Shown here piece after piece: positions 55,429 to 59,677 of a stretch of DNA of 59,677 nt; the first letter of the stretch is position 1, and every line of letters begins with the position of its first letter. The stretch comes from a virus (lineage: Duplodnaviria; Caudoviricetes): IMG/VR virus record IMGVR_UViG_3300025009_000014, positions 1-59,677 of that record. One strand, 5' to 3'. A program made the translations under genes and the position numbers. Below the pieces are notes generated by a model. The model was not told the origin of the DNA and did no database searches. It saw only the letters and a list, made by a program, of their open reading frames with translations.

Positions 55429-56136
55429 TTATTTGATGAGTTTGTTGTATTTCTCTTCTATATGGATAAGCATTTCAACCAATTCGGGTTGCGGATGCGC
55501 ATCCGATTTGTCGGTCCTATAACTTGTATGCGACCATATACCGGGTTCTCCCCGTACCGCCCGTTCCGAAAATTCCCACATGTCGTCGTGATATTTGAGC
55601 GATATGCCGTCTTTTTGTGCATGGTACATCATTAAATTTTCAAGCGACCTGATCTCTTCGGGTGTATATCTTTCAAACCACTTATACCCGTGATATCCTT
55701 CCGGGTAATGGATTATTTTATCGATATGTACTTCTATGTTGGCCCATGAATAAAACTTTCCGTTTTTTTCTATAAGACCTCCCCAATTGCAAAGTTCGAC
55801 CTGTATTGCCTGTTCGTTTAAAAAAACATCCTGTTTGCCGGTTTTCAGGTGCAGAAGCCTTTGTGGAAAATTGTTGCCTTTTGCGTTCAGATATATGGCA
55901 TATCCGTGGTATTTGGTATCAAATCCCCGGTATATCGTTCCGTTATCCGTGATCCCGTATGCCGTGGCTACCCGCCCTAATTTGTCCGTTGCCCACCCGT
56001 GAAACATGTTTCTGGCATTATCCCAACCGCCCGAATGATGTATGACAAATGCTTTCTTTTCAGTGACTTTCTGAACATATTGGTTGCCCGGAAAATCAAT
56101 CTTCGTAATATCTGTACTTGGATTTAAAAAATTCAT
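55429..56136 (-). CDS. N-acetylmuramoyl-L-alanine amidase endolysin
   Basis: VIHHSGG, IQVELCNWG, GIWSHTSYRTDKSD. Confidence 0.85.
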   Translation of the reverse strand: MNFLNPSTDITKIDFPGNQYVQKVTEKKAFVIHHSGGWDNARNMFHGWATDKLGRVATAYGITDNGTIYRGFDTKYHGYAIYLNAKGNNFPQRLLHLKTGKQDVFLNEQAIQVELCNWGGLIEKNGKFYSWANIEVHIDKIIHYPEGYHGYKWFERYTPEEIRSLENLMMYHAQKDGISLKYHDDMWEFSERAVRGEPGIWSHTSYRTDKSDAHPQPELVEMLIHIEEKYNKLIK

Positions 56137-56201
56137 AGGTCTTTAATTTTTGGTTGAACAAATATACACAAAAATATGTATTAATCAAACATGTTTGTAT
56201 G

Positions 56202-56624
56202 TTATTTTAGAATAACGGTCAAAAAAATGATGTTCATGATCAGGGATGAAGCCATAACCGCTTTCTTTATGGAATTGGAACGGGTCAAACGGACGGTTTC
56301 TTCAAGATAGAATTCTTTCTGTTTCCTGCATGAATTGTATTGGGCAGTCCTTTCAGAAATAATCTGCATGTTCAGTTCGTTTTGTTTTTCGAGCTGCAGG
56401 TTGATGCCTTTTAAAAGAACGACTTCTTTTTTCAGGGTATCGATCTGTGTATCGTAAATGAGCAGCATGTCTTTACAATTTCTTTCGCTTGCCTCGAGCA
56501 GCCTTATTTGTTTGAGTTGATCCGAATCTATGGTGTACTTACCGTTGTTTTGGGAAACGGCCTGTGAACCACTTCCAATCATCAGAATCGGAAGCAGCAA
56601 TAATATCATTCTTGATTTTTTCAT
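56202..56624 (-). CDS. Spanin-like protein (outer component candidate)
   Basis: Signal-like N-terminus, coiled coil, C-terminal hydrophobic; overlaps the upstream gene. Confidence 0.5.
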   Translation of the reverse strand: MKKSRMILLLLPILMIGSGSQAVSQNNGKYTIDSDQLKQIRLLEASERNCKDMLLIYDTQIDTLKKEVVLLKGINLQLEKQNELNMQIISERTAQYNSCRKQKEFYLEETVRLTRSNSIKKAVMASSLIMNIIFLTVILK

Positions 56625-56892
56625 AATCTGAATTTAATTTACGTTTTTGTTTTTCAATAATTTCAAGGTTCTTTTCAAGTATTACGATCTTTTGTCGATC
56701 GAGGCGTAAGGTGGTTTCAAGCGAATCTATTTCTTCTTGCTTTTGATCGATCGCGGATTCCCGGACGGAATCCAACTCGTTCATCAACCTGATCACCTGC
56801 CTGTCGCTTGTTTTTCTCTGAAACAACATGCCGGCAAATAAAAAAAGCAACCCGACGGCAATGTTCAACAATAAAATAGGGAATTTTTTCAT
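56539..56892 (-). CDS. Spanin-like protein (inner component candidate)
   Basis: N-terminal TM plus coiled coil, next to the endolysin. Confidence 0.55.
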   Translation of the reverse strand: MKKFPILLLNIAVGLLFLFAGMLFQRKTSDRQVIRLMNELDSVRESAIDQKQEEIDSLETTLRLDRQKIVILEKNLEIIEKQKRKLNSDYEKIKNDIIAASDSDDWKWFTGRFPKQR

Positions 56893-57044
56893 GATATGTT
56901 TTCTTTATTTTCTTTTGAATTTTCTGTATTCCACATCGTCCAGGCGATGTTTATGACGGTCCAAAGACAAAACAGCACAAAGATAACAATGGCTATCCAT
57001 ATCCGTCCGAAACATTCGTTATAATAAACCGTATAGTCTGCCAT
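56889..57044 (-). CDS. 51-aa single-TM protein, holin candidate (not in ORF track)
   Basis: MADYTVYYNECFGRIWIAIVIFVLFCLWTVINIAWTMW...; ATGA overlap. Confidence 0.45.
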   Translation of the reverse strand: MADYTVYYNECFGRIWIAIVIFVLFCLWTVINIAWTMWNTENSKENKENIS

Positions 57045-57093
57045 GTGTTTAATTTAAAATGTGGACGGCAAATAGATACCGCCCACATTGATT

Positions 57094-57330
57094 TTAATTG
57101 AACAATTTTTTGATTTTCTTCAACATATCCCTTACGGCACGGTATGAAAAAATAATCTCTATCATTTCTTCCCTCGGGATCACTTCGTTGTAAGAAATAA
57201 AAGCAAGCATTACGTCATGAAAATTTTCCATGATGTTTTCAGGGCTGTCGTGTTCGAGAAGTTCTCTGATGATTTTTTCTGCCTTTAAGGCTTTTGCAAT
57301 TGCTGTGTTGTTGTCGTTTGTGGTTGGCAT
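57094..57330 (-). CDS. 78-aa protein, paralog of 30406..30654
   Basis: Start MPTTND; shared C-terminal ~53 aa. Confidence 0.75.
   Translation of the reverse strand: MPTTNDNNTAIAKALKAEKIIRELLEHDSPENIMENFHDVMLAFISYNEVIPREEMIEIIFSYRAVRDMLKKIKKLFN
57103..57264. repeat. ~160-bp dispersed repeat copy 2
   Basis: Near-identical to 30427-30588. Confidence 0.9.
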
Positions 57331-57500
57331 ACCAAATAATTTAGGATTAAAATAAAGAGGGAAGTCACCGCCAACCAATTCCATGCGGAGCATAGAAACG
57401 ACTTCGGGACTTTCACCCGTTTGCTTCCCAAATAATGTTTCCGAGTTGTTTGTGGAGTATGCTCCATAGAATATAAAATTGATTGGCACCACAAACATAT
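57321..57500 (-). promoter_or_regulatory. Structured leader RNA copy 2
   Basis: TATGTTTG promoter; stem 57477-57487/57370-57380; alternative pairing with the start region 57321-57328. Confidence 0.6.
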
Positions 57501-57539
57501 ATAATATTATGAATACTGACTTCATTTTTTGTATTTTTT

Positions 57540-58190
57540 TTAAAACAATTCCATAACAATCGGTTGGTTAAAGACATGCTGCAATACTTCTTTCGGGTAC
57601 ACATTTACTTTGCCGAACCTCGGATCAAATGTTTCATCTATATTGTATCCTTTTTGCTTGCATATCATCGATGCCCTTTGTCCCAACAAAGCGGCCAATT
57701 TCAAACCTACCTTTATATTTTGTACCGATGCCCACCCGGCTATCGTGTAATATTCAGGCCGGGTAATGCTTTTTGCCTTTAATTCGGTCACGTCGCTTTT
57801 GATTTCATCGAGTTCTGCCTGTTGTTCCCTCATGTTCTTGATCGTGAGTTCCAATATATCGATCGTTTTTAAAGGCTTTTCCGATTCTTTCAGTTTCTTT
57901 TCGACATCGATAAAGTATTTTCTTATCTTTTCACCTGTTTCGGTTCTGGCCAACATGCTTAATTTCTTTGCAAAATCAATTGAAAGTGCAAAATCATATG
58001 TTTCATTTCCCCTCATACTTAGTATGAAGGTAACCCAATCTTCATTTTCAATTGCAAATTGGTTGTCAACAATATTTTTCTTATACCATTTAGCCTAATT
58101 AGCTTTATTGTAGCCCAATTTTTCATATAGTTCTCTGGCTGAAACAGCCTTTCTCCCGTTGTGTTCCGTAATTTTGATTAATTCATTCAT
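57540..58190 (-). pseudogene. antA: AntA/AntB antirepressor with in-frame TAG at codon 32
   Basis: MNELIKITEHNGRKAVSARELYEKLGYNKAN*AKW...SIDFAKKLSMLARTETGEKIRKYFI; stop at 58095-58097. Confidence 0.8.
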
Positions 58191-58221
58191 GGCATTTGTA
58201 TTTGTTAAAATGTTAGATATT

Positions 58222-59677
58222 TCATTTATCTCCCACTTGGTGGGAGTTGGTTAATAAAAAGTTATTCTTTTTATAATCAACATTATAAATCTTGATAAAA
58301 TACTGCAAAAACCTGTAATTGTCTGAATTATGCTCCGAACGGATGCGCATCAACCCCTCTTTGTCTAAATATACCCTGCAATGTGCCTGAAATTCTTTGG
58401 TCATGTGAAGTCCGAAATTAGCTTTGATATTGATCAGTTTTTCCACGATCTTTATAGCGGATCCGAACTGCTTTTCGCTTATGGTCCTCTGTGCTTTCAC
58501 GTGCATCTCGTTTTTTTCGTGCTGCTTTTTGGTAAAATAATCCACGGACTTTTCGAATTTCAGATTTTTATATCCCCCTGAAAGATAGACATTCGGTGCA
58601 ACAAATTGAAAATTGAAGTCAGGGTGCGCCCTCAACCACCTGTTTTTGATATGCATGACCACGTTCTGTAAAAATTGTCTTTGATGTTCAAAATGTTGTA
58701 TTGTACGGCATTTCCCGAAGTATTTAGGATTGGTCACAAGCTCTTGGATCGATTGTAAGACGTATATACGGTAGGGACTGTCAAAATCACGCGGACCGTA
58801 GGATTTTGCCTTGTCCGGAAAGATCACGTTCAACAGGAAGATATAAAACGCTGTCACTGTGTTTTTCTTGAAATGATAAAAATCATGGTCTTTTTTCAGT
58901 TCTTCCGGTGAAAAAGAAGGGGTTTTACGAACCGGCCAAAGCATTTTGTTGATCCTGTTACGGATTTCCCCGTTCATTTGTTCGTCTGCACAAGCGGAAG
59001 CCTTGAAAATTTCGCCGGCAACCTGTTCTTTTTGGTTTTTCTTTTCCTTAACCGATCGGTTGTCGATGATTTTATCAAATTTTTGTCCCGATATGATCAA
59101 ATCGATCTGCTTTTCGCCCTCAACATCCGGTGCGGGGTTTCCATCTTCCCTGTTCTTTTTTAAGTCTATTTGATCAGAAACAAAATTTGCTTGCAAATTT
59201 TCCATTCGATTAAAATCCGAAGGATTTGTTTTATTATTTTTTATAGAAGTATTATATATAGTATAAAAAGAACAGTCTGTTTTTTTACTATTATTAATAT
59301 CTGATTCTAAAGGACTTAGTAAATCGGTTGCGATCTCGCGTAACACCATTAAATCGGGATCGATCAATACGTCGTATTTCATTTTACCCCTCCTCCATTG
59401 GAAGGTTTTTAAGATACCGGCATCCCTCAGCCTATAAAGATATCTTTTGATAGAGGATGCATCCGAACATCTCTTAAACTCTTCGTTTTGCATCGTCATG
59501 TTGATCAAATCCTGTATGGTGATCGAAAACATAAAGGGATGTTTGATAACATCACGGGCTTCCGGGTATTTATTGGAATAATTGTACACCTTTAGCCTTG
59601 CATCCATGAGTGCAACAACACCCATGTAAATTTCCTTATGCTTGAATGTGAGTTTTTTTGAACCCGGGTTGATGAAT
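58222..59677 (-). CDS. Putative replication initiator (3' part of the origin-spanning gene)
   Basis: wHTH-like SDASSIKRYLYRLRDAGIL; position right after the Cro/Xis-like gene. Confidence 0.6.
   Translation of the reverse strand, partial: FINPGSKKLTFKHKEIYMGVVALMDARLKVYNYSNKYPEARDVIKHPFMFSITIQDLINMTMQNEEFKRCSDASSIKRYLYRLRDAGILKTFQWRRGKMKYDVLIDPDLMVLREIATDLLSPLESDINNSKKTDCSFYTIYNTSIKNNKTNPSDFNRMENLQANFVSDQIDLKKNREDGNPAPDVEGEKQIDLIISGQKFDKIIDNRSVKEKKNQKEQVAGEIFKASACADEQMNGEIRNRINKMLWPVRKTPSFSPEELKKDHDFYHFKKNTVTAFYIFLLNVIFPDKAKSYGPRDFDSPYRIYVLQSIQELVTNPKYFGKCRTIQHFEHQRQFLQNVVMHIKNRWLRAHPDFNFQFVAPNVYLSGGYKNLKFEKSVDYFTKKQHEKNEMHVKAQRTISEKQFGSAIKIVEKLINIKANFGLHMTKEFQAHCRVYLDKEGLMRIRSEHNSDNYRFLQYFIKIYNVDYKKNNFLLTNSHQVGDK
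59551..59677. repeat. Terminal direct repeat copy 2 (circular overlap)
   Basis: Identical to 1-127. Confidence 0.97.

Larger units (their letters stand above)
1..59550. mobile_element. Complete circular temperate virus-like element, probable Bacteroidota host
   Basis: Circular; integrase, repressors, antirepressor, lysis genes, packaging-type ATPase; TAnnTTTG promoters, BACON and DUF4248-like proteins. Confidence 0.85.

Noticed and set aside
30427-57264. Diversity-generating retroelement TR/VR pair
   Set aside because: No reverse transcriptase; mismatches are mostly synonymous and not adenine-specific
58095-58097. Amber stop-codon reassignment
   Set aside because: TAG terminates several normal genes (3579, 7138, 48158, 50725) and long genes are intact under code 11

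Overview
The window is a complete circular element of 59,550 bp. Bases 1-127 recur exactly at 59551-59677, and one gene reads across the join. It looks like a temperate Bacteroidota virus: tyrosine integrase with a probable attP, tandem XRE repressors, an AntA antirepressor, an amidase/spanin-like lysis cassette, TAnnTTTG promoters, and BACON and DUF4248-like proteins. I see no terminase, portal, HK97 capsid or tail genes. Instead there is a short FtsK/HerA (A32/P9-like) ATPase plus a degenerate paralog, a 200-aa beta-rich capsid candidate plus a membrane-anchored paralog with an inserted domain, and a HExxH protease. About 20 small membrane-anchored proteins sit in the same operon, including lytic enzymes and an annexin-like protein. 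There are also sialidase and LamG spike candidates, a 7-gene glycosyl/methyltransferase cluster and a split DarB-like polyvalent module. My best reading is a tailless, membrane-containing and possibly glycosylated temperate virus; this is inference and the folds are not verified. Non-coding signals include a recurrent 16-bp palindromic operator, two covarying structured leaders, two antisense sRNA units and attC-like cassette boundaries. A one-base indel breaks both frames of a dual-coding C5-methylase. All family calls come from motif recognition by eye, with no database searches.
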